NCBI GenBank assembly: GCA_012511645.1
Contig: JAAZFP010000308.1
Location: 1 to 38,544 of the forward strand
Origin: Microbacteriaceae bacterium
GTDB lineage: Bacteria > Actinomycetota > Actinomycetes > Actinomycetales > Microbacteriaceae
Length of the DNA: 38,544 nt
Direction: 5' to 3'
This document shows, piece after piece, positions 1-9,602 of the stretch; position 1 is the first letter of the stretch, and every line of letters starts with the position of its first letter. The notes below the pieces were generated by a model. It had not been told where the DNA came from and ran no database searches. It saw only the letters and a program-made list of their open reading frames with translations. The translations under genes and the position numbers were made by a program.

Positions 1-125
1 GCACCTACTGTGAGGGTCACCGCACAGACGACGTGATGCGGTTGCACGATGGTGTGGAGGTACAGGTTGGAAAGTTTAAGTTCACCTTCTTCGCATCGCG
101 CTTCGACCTTCCGGGGCAGCGCTAG
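1..125 (+). CDS. C-terminal fragment of FHA-domain protein (OdhI/GarA-like), truncated by window edge
   Basis: Frame from nt 3 reads TYCEGHRTDDVMRLHDGVEVQVGKFKFTFF...* (TAG 123-125), matching the FHA C-terminal pattern GTY...L.DG.EVQ.GKF. It abuts the ftsR-like gene, as in the actinobacterial odhI-ftsR locus. Confidence 0.8.
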   Translation, partial: TYCEGHRTDDVMRLHDGVEVQVGKFKFTFFASRFDLPGQR

Positions 126-806
126 GTGCCCGCGACATCAGCGGCTCTCAGCCGTCCAGAGTCGAGCAAGTTCAGTATTGGGCAGGTACTGGAGCGGCTT
201 CAGGACGACTTCGGTGATCTCACTCCCTCAAAGCTCCGTTTTCTTGAGGAACAGGGGTTGGTCACTCCCGACCGCACGAAGTCGGGGTATCGAAAGTTCT
301 CGCAACTCGACATCGAGCGACTCAGGCTCATTCTCACGTTGCAGAGGGAGCATTATCTGCCACTCAAGGTGATCGCGGAAGTGCTCGATGAAATTGACGC
401 TGGGCGCGACCCGGTCATTCCTGGTGCGTCGAATCGCAGTGCTTCCAGCATCCTCGCCCCTCGTCGACTACTCAGCAGGGAAGAGTTGCAGCGCATCACT
501 GGCGCGAGTTCCCGATTCATCGGTGAGGCGATTGCCGCAGGCCTTCTGCCCGCAACGGAAGTCTTTCCTCATGAGTCCGTGGGGGAGCTGAGTGCGCTTC
601 AACAGTTGGCTGAGCTTGGTGTGACACCGAGGCACCTTCGTAATATGCGTGCTGCCGCTGAGCGCGACGCTGAGCTGGTCGGGCAGGCACTTGAAGCACG
701 TGGAATCAAGGGTGCGAGCCCTGATGGGCGTGAACGCGCACTAGAACTCGTCGATCTTTTTGAGACGGTGCGCCGAGGAGTGCTGCGCCGCAGACTTGCT
801 CGGTAA
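126..806 (+). CDS. ftsR: MerR-family transcriptional regulator, FtsR-like
   Basis: SIGQVL...SKLRFLEEQGLVTP.RT.SGYRKF MerR HTH, QREHYLPLKVI and PRHLR motifs. Positioned after the FHA gene. Confidence 0.85.
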   Translation: MPATSAALSRPESSKFSIGQVLERLQDDFGDLTPSKLRFLEEQGLVTPDRTKSGYRKFSQLDIERLRLILTLQREHYLPLKVIAEVLDEIDAGRDPVIPGASNRSASSILAPRRLLSREELQRITGASSRFIGEAIAAGLLPATEVFPHESVGELSALQQLAELGVTPRHLRNMRAAAERDAELVGQALEARGIKGASPDGRERALELVDLFETVRRGVLRRRLAR

Positions 807-930
807 CGAACGCGGCGCGTCGCGGGTGAAAGTGTCCGCGACACGCTTAAAGTTTTGGTTGAAGGTTAATTGCTCCCGTGATGATGGAGCGGTAGCGTTG
901 AGTGATCACGCACAGAAGAGAGAGGAACGC

Positions 931-1486
931 GATGGACGGCTTCGCGCAGACCCCAGCTATCGTTTCCTCACCGCAACCGCTGTTTGTTGATGGTCTGCCT
1001 CAACCCAACCGCGAGGGTGGCTTCAAGGGTGCCGTCGCGGCAAAGGCCGCAGGGATTAGCTACCGCCAACTCGACTACTGGGCGCGCACATCATTGGTTG
1101 AACCGACGGTGCAAAATGCAACTGGTTCGGGTTCGCAGCGTCTCTACGGTTTTCGTGACATCTTGGTGCTCAAGCTCGTCAAGAGACTGCTCGACACCGG
1201 TATCTCCTTGCAACAGATTCGCACGGCGGTGGCGCAGCTCCGTGAAGCTGGTGTGCACGATCTCGCAGAAACCACACTGATGAGCGATGGTGCGAGTGTG
1301 TACCTGTGCACGTCAAATGACGAGGTCATTGACCTCGTCAGTCGCGGACAGGGAGTGTTTGGCATTGCCGTCGGCAAGGTGCTTCGCGAGGTTGAGACCT
1401 CGCTCGTCGACCTCGACGAGCGTCGTACCGAACCTTCGGAAGTTGACGAACTCGCAGCGCGACGGCAGCTTCGCCAGTCGTCCTGA
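931..1486 (+). CDS. MerR-family transcriptional regulator (Rv1830/Cg1633-like)
   Basis: AGISYRQLDYWART...GSGSQRLY.FRD...GISLQQIR and GQGVFGIAVG motifs. ATG 931 follows a purine-rich SD (gagagagg). Confidence 0.88.
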
Positions 1487-1567
1487 TCGAAACAGGCGCC
1501 TTCGCCTCAAGGCTTCAAGCGAGCCTGCTCACCTCAACCGCGCTTCTGTGAGAGTGCGGCGGTCGTG

Positions 1568-1593
1568 CTTTTCACAGCGGGCACTGTGAAAAG
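1568..1593. terminator. Hairpin between convergent MerR2 and parA genes
   Basis: Perfect 10-bp inverted repeat CTTTTCACAG-cgggca-CTGTGAAAAG. Confidence 0.65.
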
Positions 1594-1601
1594 AATCGTC
1601 G

Positions 1602-2486
1602 CTATTGATCTGCGTCGGTGACGGCAGTGTCTTCGCCCACGGGCTCTTCTTCTGCGACAAACGCTGAATCGACCGTGCGTCGTGTGGTGGGGCGAACGAC
1701 CCCAGCATCGATATTTGCGGAAGCAACGACCTGGTCGAGCACTTCGTCGAAGTAGCCAGCCATTTCCTGTGCGGTTTCGCCGGGCCACAAGTGGACAGGT
1801 TTCGCAGCACCCTGTGTTTGCTGCAGCGACGTCCGCTCGGGAAGTTGGGGTGAAAGCACGAGAGAGCCGAAGAGATCTTTGAGCTCTTTGATGCGGAACT
1901 GGTGCTCAGTTGACTGTGGGCGAGCGCGATTGATGAGAATTCCCAAAGGCTCAAGGCGGGGGCTGATCCCACGTCGCACCTCTTCGATTGCTCGCAGAGC
2001 ACGATCAGCCGCTGCCACCGCGAAGAATCCAGGCTCCGTCACAACCAGCACCCGATCGCTTGCTGCCCATGCGGTGCGGGTCAGTGCGTTCAGGGAAGGC
2101 GCACAGTCGATGATGACCAAATCGTAGTCTGCCTCAACGATTGCGAGAGCTTCCTCAAGCTTCCAGATTTCACGAATGGTGGGGTGGGGCACATCGAAGT
2201 TAATCGCAGAGGGGCTGCCTACAAGCAGATGAATAAGGCCCTCGTGGTGCTTGTTCCACCCACTCGGCGCAATTGCTGCACGGACAGTCTGAGGCTTTTC
2301 GAGCACCTGTGAAATGTTGCTATACTCTTCAGGGTTCACATCCATGCCGGTTGACACATCAGACTGAGGGTCGAGATCGACGACAAGCGTACGCAGACCT
2401 CTTGAAAACGCTGCTGAAGCGAGTCCAAGCGCTACTGTCGTCTTGCCAACGCCGCCCTTGAGTGAGCTCACACTTAGTACATGCAC
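1602..2486 (-). CDS. ParA/Soj-family ATPase (orphan, no adjacent parB)
   Basis: Deviant Walker A KGGVGKTT, DLDPQ, Walker B IIDCAPSL. Confidence 0.92.
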   Translation of the reverse strand: MHVLSVSSLKGGVGKTTVALGLASAAFSRGLRTLVVDLDPQSDVSTGMDVNPEEYSNISQVLEKPQTVRAAIAPSGWNKHHEGLIHLLVGSPSAINFDVPHPTIREIWKLEEALAIVEADYDLVIIDCAPSLNALTRTAWAASDRVLVVTEPGFFAVAAADRALRAIEEVRRGISPRLEPLGILINRARPQSTEHQFRIKELKDLFGSLVLSPQLPERTSLQQTQGAAKPVHLWPGETAQEMAGYFDEVLDQVVASANIDAGVVRPTTRRTVDSAFVAEEEPVGEDTAVTDADQ

Positions 2487-2647
2487 CCTCCCAATTTATG
2501 GTTGCTGGTCACCATTGGGCAAAGAGATGTGTTAGGGCTGTACAGACTTCACACATGTTTCGCACATATTCTTCGTTGCAGTCCGTGTGCATGTAGGCTG
2601 ATCCCCGGGCGCTTTCCAGTTGTGGGCATGATGTTGTGAGGAGTCAC

Positions 2648-5600
2648 GTGTTCAAGAAAATTCTGGTCGCCAATCGCGGTGAGATTGCAATTCGGGCGTT
2701 TCGCGCGGCGAATGAGCTCGGGGCAAAGACCGTTGCGGTGTTTCCCTATGAGGATCGCAATTCTCTGCACCGATTGAAAGCTGACGAGGCATACCTCATC
2801 GGCATCGAGGGGCATCCGGTGCGCGCATATCTCGATGTCGAAGAGATCGTTCGGGTTGCACGTGAGGCTGGCGCAGATGCAATTTACCCCGGCTACGGCT
2901 TCTTGTCGGAGAACCCCGAGCTTGCTGCTGCCGCTGAGGCCGCCGGCATTACCTTCATCGGTCCGGGCAAGCGGGCGCTGGAGATGGCTGGCAACAAAGT
3001 ATCGGCGAAACAGCACGCGATCGCCGCTGGTGTCCCGGTGCTGCAGTCAACACCACCATCACAGAATATTGATGAGCTGATAGAAGGTGCGCGAGCAATC
3101 GGCTTCCCGGTGTTTGCGAAGGCGGTTGCTGGTGGTGGCGGACGTGGCATGCGTCGTGTTGAGCGCGAATCGGACCTTCGCGAGGCGCTCGAAGCCGCGA
3201 TGCGCGAGGCAGAGAGTGCCTTTGGCGATGCCACCATGTTCGTCGAGCAGGCAGTCTTGCGGCCACGGCACATTGAAGTGCAGGTGTTGGCCGACCGAAC
3301 CGGTGCCGCGGTTCATCTCTTCGAACGCGACTGCTCTGTACAACGCCGGCATCAGAAGGTCGTCGAGATCGCGCCTGCGCCAAACCTGAGTCAGGCCACG
3401 AGGGATGCGCTGACCCGCGATGCGATCGCTTTCACGCAGTCAATTGGCTACGAGAACGCAGGCACCGTCGAATTCTTGCTCGACACCGAGGGCGAGCGTG
3501 CTGGACAGCATGTGTTCATCGAGATGAATCCGCGTATTCAGGTCGAGCACACGGTCACCGAAGAGATCACTGATATTGATCTTGTTCAGGCTCAGATGCG
3601 TATTGCATCGGGCGTTACCCTCGAAGAGCTTGGGCTCCAGCAAGAGAATATCAAGATGCACGGTGCTGCGCTGCAGTGCCGCATCACGACTGAGAACCCG
3701 GCTGATGGGTTCCGACCCGACCTGGGGCGCATCACCACCTACCGTTCGCCCGGTGGTGGCGGAGTGCGCCTCGATGGCGGAACGATCAACCCTGGTGCGC
3801 ACATCAGCCCCCATTTCGACTCGATGCTTGCGAAACTCACCTGTCGCGGGCGTGACTTCGCCGCGGCCGTGGTTCGCGCGCGGCGTGCACTTGCAGAGTT
3901 CCGTATTCGCGGTGTGGCAACGAACATTCCGTTCTTGCAGGCCGTGCTCGACGATGCTGATTTTCAGGCAGGTGATGTCAGCACCTCTTTCATTGAGGAG
4001 CGGCCAGAGCTGCTCACGCTGAATAAGCCGAAAGACCGGGCAACCCGCCTGATGCAGTATCTCGCTGATGTGACGGTCAACCAGCCCCACGGTGTTCGGC
4101 CCGCGACGATTGAACCGCAGGCAAAGCTTCCGATGTGTGATGTCTCACAACCGGCAGCATCAGCTGGGCGACAGCGGCTGCGTGAGCTCGGTCCTGAGGG
4201 TTTTGCTCGGGCACTGCGAGAGCAGAAGGCTCTTGCGGTAACCGAGACGACGTTCCGAGACGCGCACCAGTCACTGCTGGCGACTCGAGTGAGAACCAAA
4301 GATCTGGTGGCTGCTGCACCGTGTGTGGCTCGGTTGACCCCCGAGCTATTCTCTGTCGAAGCGTGGGGTGGCGCGACCTATGACGTCGCACTCCGTTTTC
4401 TTGCCGAGGATCCCTGGGAACGACTTGCCGCGCTGCGTGAAGCCCTGCCCAATGTGCCAATTCAGATGCTCCTTCGTGGCCAGAACACGGTCGGGTACAC
4501 CCCGTACCCCTCGAAGGTCGCTCAAGCATTTATCAAAGAAGCTACCGCGACCGGTGTCGATATTTTCCGCATTTATGATGCGTTGAATGATGTCAACCAA
4601 ATGCGGGTGGCTATCGATGCGGTTCGCGAAACGGGAACCGCGGTTGCCGAGGTCGCATTGTGCTACACCGGAAACCTGCTTGATCCGAGCGAGGATAAAT
4701 TTACGCTCGACTACTACCTGCGCTTGGCTGAGCAGATCGTCGAGTCTGGTGCGCATATTCTTGCGATCAAGGACATGGCTGGTTTGCTCCGTCCCGCTGC
4801 TGCAGAGACACTGGTTACCGCGTTACGCGAGCGGTTTGATTTGCCGGTGCATCTTCACACGCACGATACTCCCGGTGGGCAGCTGGCCACGCTGCTCGCT
4901 GCCGCACGCGCAGGAGTCGACGCGGTTGACGCGGCCTCGGCGCCGATGGCGGGCACCACCGCTCAGCCATCGCTGTCTGCGCTCGTCGCGTCTTTGGCAA
5001 ACACGGAACGCGATACGGGTATCAGTCAGGAGTCGGTCTTCGCCCTCGAGCCGTACTGGGACGCGGTGCGCACTGCGTACCGTCCTTTTGAGTCGGGGCT
5101 GCCCTCGCCCACGGGCCGGGTGTACACGCATGAGATTCCCGGTGGTCAGCTCTCGAACCTGCGACAGCAAGCGATTGCGCTTGGGCTTGCAGACAATTTC
5201 GAAAAGATCGAAGACATGTATGCTGCCTCCGACAGAATCCTGGGACGTATTCCCAAGGTGACTCCTTCATCGAAGGTGGTGGGCGATCTCGCGCTGCATC
5301 TTGCCGCGGTCGACGCTGACCCCGCAGACTTTGAAGCCAACCCGCAAAACTACGACGTTCCTGATTCCGTCGTTGGGTTCCTTGCGGGTGAACTGGGAGA
5401 AATCCCAGGAGGGTGGCCCGAACCGTTCCGCAGCAAGGTGCTCGCTGGGCGTCAGGTCTCGATTGCTGTTACCGAGGTGTCGGAAGGGGACAGCGCGCTG
5501 TTGCAGGGTACAAGCTTTGAGCGGCGTGACACCCTGAACCGGCTGCTCTTTCCCGCGCCGACCAGACATTTCCATGAGACCCGTGAGCGGTTTGGAGATC

Positions 5601-6052
5601 TCTCGATTCTCGACACGGGGGACTACCTGTACGGTCTCGAAGTTGGCGCGGAGCATGCCATTGACCTCTCGAAGGGTGTGCGACTGTATGTCGGGCTCGA
5701 GGCAATTGGCGAAGCCGATGACAAGGGCATTCGCACCGTCATGGTTCGGGTGAACGGTCAGCTGCGGCCAGTCTTTGTGAAGGATGAGTCGGTCACGGTG
5801 CAGACCGTGACGGCAGAAAAGGCTGACCGGTCAGTTTCGGGTCACGTCGCGGCGCCATTCTCGGGCACCGTCACCATGAAAGCTGCGGTCGGACACACTG
5901 TTGAGGCGGGTCAGCCGATAGCGACTATCGAAGCGATGAAGATGGAAGCTGCCATCACAGCTCCGGTAGCGGGCCGCGTGGAACGGATCATTTTCGAGGG
6001 TGCACGCGGCGTCGAAGCTGGCGATCTGTTGCTCGTGATTGTTGAGGGGTAG
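2648..6052 (+). CDS. pyc: Pyruvate carboxylase
   Basis: Biotin carboxylase (ANRGEIAIR, ERDCSVQRRHQK), carboxyltransferase (FRDAHQSL, KDMAG, HLHTHD) and biotinyl EAMKME domains. GTG 2648 follows GAGGAG. Confidence 0.97.
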   Translation: MFKKILVANRGEIAIRAFRAANELGAKTVAVFPYEDRNSLHRLKADEAYLIGIEGHPVRAYLDVEEIVRVAREAGADAIYPGYGFLSENPELAAAAEAAGITFIGPGKRALEMAGNKVSAKQHAIAAGVPVLQSTPPSQNIDELIEGARAIGFPVFAKAVAGGGGRGMRRVERESDLREALEAAMREAESAFGDATMFVEQAVLRPRHIEVQVLADRTGAAVHLFERDCSVQRRHQKVVEIAPAPNLSQATRDALTRDAIAFTQSIGYENAGTVEFLLDTEGERAGQHVFIEMNPRIQVEHTVTEEITDIDLVQAQMRIASGVTLEELGLQQENIKMHGAALQCRITTENPADGFRPDLGRITTYRSPGGGGVRLDGGTINPGAHISPHFDSMLAKLTCRGRDFAAAVVRARRALAEFRIRGVATNIPFLQAVLDDADFQAGDVSTSFIEERPELLTLNKPKDRATRLMQYLADVTVNQPHGVRPATIEPQAKLPMCDVSQPAASAGRQRLRELGPEGFARALREQKALAVTETTFRDAHQSLLATRVRTKDLVAAAPCVARLTPELFSVEAWGGATYDVALRFLAEDPWERLAALREALPNVPIQMLLRGQNTVGYTPYPSKVAQAFIKEATATGVDIFRIYDALNDVNQMRVAIDAVRETGTAVAEVALCYTGNLLDPSEDKFTLDYYLRLAEQIVESGAHILAIKDMAGLLRPAAAETLVTALRERFDLPVHLHTHDTPGGQLATLLAAARAGVDAVDAASAPMAGTTAQPSLSALVASLANTERDTGISQESVFALEPYWDAVRTAYRPFESGLPSPTGRVYTHEIPGGQLSNLRQQAIALGLADNFEKIEDMYAASDRILGRIPKVTPSSKVVGDLALHLAAVDADPADFEANPQNYDVPDSVVGFLAGELGEIPGGWPEPFRSKVLAGRQVSIAVTEVSEGDSALLQGTSFERRDTLNRLLFPAPTRHFHETRERFGDLSILDTGDYLYGLEVGAEHAIDLSKGVRLYVGLEAIGEADDKGIRTVMVRVNGQLRPVFVKDESVTVQTVTAEKADRSVSGHVAAPFSGTVTMKAAVGHTVEAGQPIATIEAMKMEAAITAPVAGRVERIIFEGARGVEAGDLLLVIVEG

Positions 6053-6057
6053 TTCAC

Positions 6058-6549
6058 ATGGCGGTTCGCGAGATTCGGGTGTTTGGCGACCCGGTGCTGC
6101 GCACCGTCTGTGACCCAATTCTTGCCATCGATGAGGGCGTGGAAGCACTCGTGACAGATCTGTGCGACACAGTTGCATTTGATGGTCGGGCCGGGCTCGC
6201 GGCTACCCAGATTGGACACACGCTCCGTGCGTTTAGTCTGCATATTGATGGTGTGGTGAGTTATCTCCTCAATCCAGAGCTCATTGAACTGAGCGGTGAC
6301 CCTGTGCTCATGGGCGAAGGATGCCTCTCAGTGCCTGACCTCTGGTTTGAGGTGTCCCGGTATCCGAAAGCGACAGCGCAGGGCATCGATCTCTCAGGGA
6401 ACGAGGTGGTGATCACCGGAGAGGGGCTGCTTGCGCAGGCTCTGCAGCACGAGTGTGATCATCTCGACGGCACGCTGTATCTCAACCGGCTCGATCGTGA
6501 CACCCGCGGCATCGCGATGCGACAGATCCGGGCTTCAGCCTGGTTCTAG
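6058..6549 (+). CDS. def: Peptide deformylase
   Basis: GLAATQ, EGCLS and QHECDHLDG motifs. Confidence 0.95.
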   Translation: MAVREIRVFGDPVLRTVCDPILAIDEGVEALVTDLCDTVAFDGRAGLAATQIGHTLRAFSLHIDGVVSYLLNPELIELSGDPVLMGEGCLSVPDLWFEVSRYPKATAQGIDLSGNEVVITGEGLLAQALQHECDHLDGTLYLNRLDRDTRGIAMRQIRASAWF

Positions 6550-6715
6550 ACATTTCAGCCTGGTTCTCAACAACAGGCTCCTTCGGCCATTGGCGAGGCG
6601 AGATCCTGGCTTGTGTCTCGGGAGGCATGATGGTGGGCTGCCACATTTGCCGCGCCTGAAACAGGACGGTGATGCGCAGTTGGCCTGGTGGTTACGCCTG
6701 GGGCCTGGCGATGAG

Positions 6716-6760
6716 ACAGCTGTGGCGGGGGAGCAGATGCCGCTCTCCCGCCACAGCTGT
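6716..6760. terminator. Strong hairpin between convergent def and fadD
   Basis: ACAGCTGTGGCGGG...CCCGCCACAGCTGT, a perfect 14-bp stem that extends further inward with a G-U pair. Confidence 0.75.
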
Positions 6761-6772
6761 GTCGCACATGAC

Positions 6773-8602
6773 CTATGAGGTATGTACTGCTTCGGTCTGC
6801 GGGTTCTCGCCGTACATGCCAGCAATCTCACCAGCAAAATCGCGCAGAATATTGTCGCGCTTGATGCTCATCTTCGGCGTGAGGTGACCGGATGCTTCGG
6901 TGAATTCGGTCGGCAAGATGACCCACTTGCGGATGCTCTCGGCGCGTGACACATACTTATTGCCGTGGTCGATGGCGCGCTGCACTTCGGCACGCACGAC
7001 CGGATTCTGTGCGGCCTCTTCGAGTGACATCGTTGCATCGAGCCCGTTGTTCTTGAGCCAAGTGGGCAGCATTTCTGTGTCGAGGGTCACCAGCGCAGAA
7101 ATGAATGGCTTTTGATCGCCCAGTGCCACGACTTGACCGATCACGGTGAAGGACCGAATCGGATCTTCGAGGCCCGCGGGAGCAACATTCTTGCCGCCAG
7201 CGGTGACGATGCTCTCCTTCTTGCGCCCGGTAATCGTGAGATACCCATCACTGTCCAGTGAACCGAGGTCGCCCGTGCGGAAGAAGCCGTCGTCGGTGAA
7301 CACTGCCTTGGTGGCTTCAGGGTTGTTCCAGTATTCCTTAAACACATCGAGGCCCTTCACCTCGATCTCGCCGTCGTCGGCAATGCGCACGGTATGGCCC
7401 GGGAGTGCTGGACCGACGGTGCCGATCTTGAACTTGTCGGGCAGGTTTACGGTGACCGGCGCAGTGGTCTCGGTCAGGCCGTAACCCTCAAGAATCTTGA
7501 TGCCAAGGCTGTGGTAGAAGTGGCCAAGGTAGTGGCTGAGCGGAGCCGAGCCGGACACGGCGAACCGGACGCGACCGCCCATCTTTTCTCGCAGTGTGGA
7601 GAAGACAAGCTTGTCGAACAGCTTGAACTTGAGCTTCAGGCCGAACGGCACCTTCTCGCCTGCCATGACCTTCTGGCTGTGCTGCACAGCAACCTGTGCA
7701 GCGGCGCGGAAAATCTTGCCCTTGCCGCCGGCCTCGGCGGTCTGTTCGGCCGAGTTGTAGACCTTCTCGAACACGCGTGGCACGGCGAGCAAGAAGGTGG
7801 GGCGGAAGCTGCCGAGCGAGGGAAGCAGCTTGGTCGTGTCAGGCTGGTGGCCGACTCGGACACCCGAATGCACTGCCAGGATCGAGATGAACCGAGCGAA
7901 CACGTGGGCAAGGGTGACGAACAGCAGCGTCGATGATCCCTGCTCATTGACAACCTCGCCAAGCGCTGCGGCAGAGTTGCGGGACAGATCAACAAAGTTG
8001 GAGTGGGTGAGCACGCAGCCCTTCGGGCGACCAGTCGATCCCGAGGTGTAAATCAGCGTGGCAGTATCGTCACCATTGGCGATCGTGCGGCGCCGTTCGA
8101 TCTCTTCGTCGGCAATCTCTGAGCCGGACTGAGCGAGCGATTCGAGGGCTCCCTCGTCGAGGCGCCACTCGAAGTCGATACCTTGCACGTCTGATCGGAC
8201 CTCGGCGAGCCGCCCGGCGAGTTCGGCGGTCTCAGTGATGATGCCCCGAGCGCCTGAGTCTTCGAGGATCCACTGAATCTGCAGAGGGGACGACGTCTCG
8301 TAAATGGGAACCATGACCGCGCCGGCATAGAAGAGCGCGAAATCAACCAGGGTCCACTCGTAGGAGGTTTTGCACATGAACCCAATTCGGTCACCCGGCT
8401 GCACGCCTGCGGCGGCAAAACCCTTTGCAACGGCGACCACCCGGTCGCGGAACGCGCGAGCGGTGACATCGTTCCAGCTGTCGCCCTGAGGAGTCGCAGA
8501 AATGACTCGATCTGGGGTGGCAGCGACGCGCTGTTCGAGTAGATCGGTGACGTTATCACTCGGCGCAACAGGAATGATGATTGGTGTTTCTGTGAGATTC
8601 AC
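6773..8602 (-). CDS. fadD: Long-chain fatty acid-CoA ligase (FadD15-like AMP-dependent synthetase)
   Basis: IYTSGSTGRPKG, EGYGLTET and FRTGDLG motifs. GTG at 8602 follows AAGGAG and is preferred over the ORF-track start at 8671. Confidence 0.92.
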   Translation of the reverse strand: MNLTETPIIIPVAPSDNVTDLLEQRVAATPDRVISATPQGDSWNDVTARAFRDRVVAVAKGFAAAGVQPGDRIGFMCKTSYEWTLVDFALFYAGAVMVPIYETSSPLQIQWILEDSGARGIITETAELAGRLAEVRSDVQGIDFEWRLDEGALESLAQSGSEIADEEIERRRTIANGDDTATLIYTSGSTGRPKGCVLTHSNFVDLSRNSAAALGEVVNEQGSSTLLFVTLAHVFARFISILAVHSGVRVGHQPDTTKLLPSLGSFRPTFLLAVPRVFEKVYNSAEQTAEAGGKGKIFRAAAQVAVQHSQKVMAGEKVPFGLKLKFKLFDKLVFSTLREKMGGRVRFAVSGSAPLSHYLGHFYHSLGIKILEGYGLTETTAPVTVNLPDKFKIGTVGPALPGHTVRIADDGEIEVKGLDVFKEYWNNPEATKAVFTDDGFFRTGDLGSLDSDGYLTITGRKKESIVTAGGKNVAPAGLEDPIRSFTVIGQVVALGDQKPFISALVTLDTEMLPTWLKNNGLDATMSLEEAAQNPVVRAEVQRAIDHGNKYVSRAESIRKWVILPTEFTEASGHLTPKMSIKRDNILRDFAGEIAGMYGENPQTEAVHTS

Positions 8603-8845
8603 GGTAGCTCCTTCGGTACCCGAAACTGGGTGGAACACCATCAACGACGGTGTGGGGACGGTACGGCTCAAGCTTATTGCACTTCGCCGAAAGTGGACTT
8701 CATTCGCCGTTGGGAATCTACAAATCAGGTATTCTGAATGCAGTGATTCTGAGGAAGCCTCCTCAGAAGGTGTGTGCTGAAGACGGTGTGCGAAACACGG
8801 CTGCCGCTTGGTTCAATCTGAAGTGATGAAGAGGTGAGGCGCGGC

Positions 8846-9532
8846 GTGATCTACTGGTTCTTTAAGCACCTCGTGTTCGGTCCACTGCTCAAGACGATCT
8901 TTCGGCCGTGGGTGCAGGGCGCCGAGAACCTGCCCACAACCGGCCCCGTCATTATTGTGGGCAACCACCTCTCGGTCATCGATTCGTTCTTTATGCCGCT
9001 CATGATTGATCGACGCGTCTCGTTTCTCGCGAAGAGCGACTATTTCACCGGCAAGGGCCTCAAGGGCTGGTTTGTGAAGACCTTCATGCTCTCTGTGGGG
9101 CAAATCCCGATCGATCGGTCTGGCGGAAAAGCCTCAGAGGCATCACTGAATACCGGGCTGTCAGTGCTCGAACGCGGTGAGGTGCTTGCGCTGTATCCCG
9201 AGGGAACGCGCAGTCCCGATGCAAGGCTCTATCGTGGGCGCACCGGGGTGGCGCGATTGGTCCTGGAGTCAGGCGCGGTCGTGGTGCCGGCGGTGATGAT
9301 TGACACAGAGAAATGCATGCCTATCGGAGCCAAGATCCCTCGAGTGCGTCGCATCGGCACGGTCATAGGTGAACCGTTAGATTTCAGCAGGTTCGCCGGT
9401 ATGAGTGCCGATCGTTTTGTGCTGCGAAGCGTCACCGATGAGATCATGGTGGAAATTCAGCGCCTCAGCCAGCAGGAGTATGTCGACGTGTACGCTTCTA
9501 GCGTTCGTTCCCGGGTTCCTGCTTCGTCATAG
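8846..9532 (+). CDS. plsC: 1-acyl-sn-glycerol-3-phosphate acyltransferase
   Basis: NHLSVID (HX4D), FLAK and YPEGTRS motifs. Start could be 8834 or 8846. Confidence 0.9.
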   Translation: MIYWFFKHLVFGPLLKTIFRPWVQGAENLPTTGPVIIVGNHLSVIDSFFMPLMIDRRVSFLAKSDYFTGKGLKGWFVKTFMLSVGQIPIDRSGGKASEASLNTGLSVLERGEVLALYPEGTRSPDARLYRGRTGVARLVLESGAVVVPAVMIDTEKCMPIGAKIPRVRRIGTVIGEPLDFSRFAGMSADRFVLRSVTDEIMVEIQRLSQQEYVDVYASSVRSRVPASS

Positions 9533-9551
9533 GCGGCGGTAGACTGGAGAC

Positions 9552-9576
9552 GCTGCGGATGACCGCAGCAATTTTT
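9552..9576 (+). terminator. Intrinsic terminator after plsC
   Basis: GCTGCGG-atga-CCGCAGC followed by AATTTTT. Confidence 0.65.
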
Positions 9577-9602
9577 CGTTACGGTTCGGAAAGTAGGCTG
9601 CA

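Noticed and set aside
6535-6837. Small ORFs in the def-fadD gap
   Set aside because: They run through the terminator hairpin, lack a clear start signal and resemble no family I recognise.
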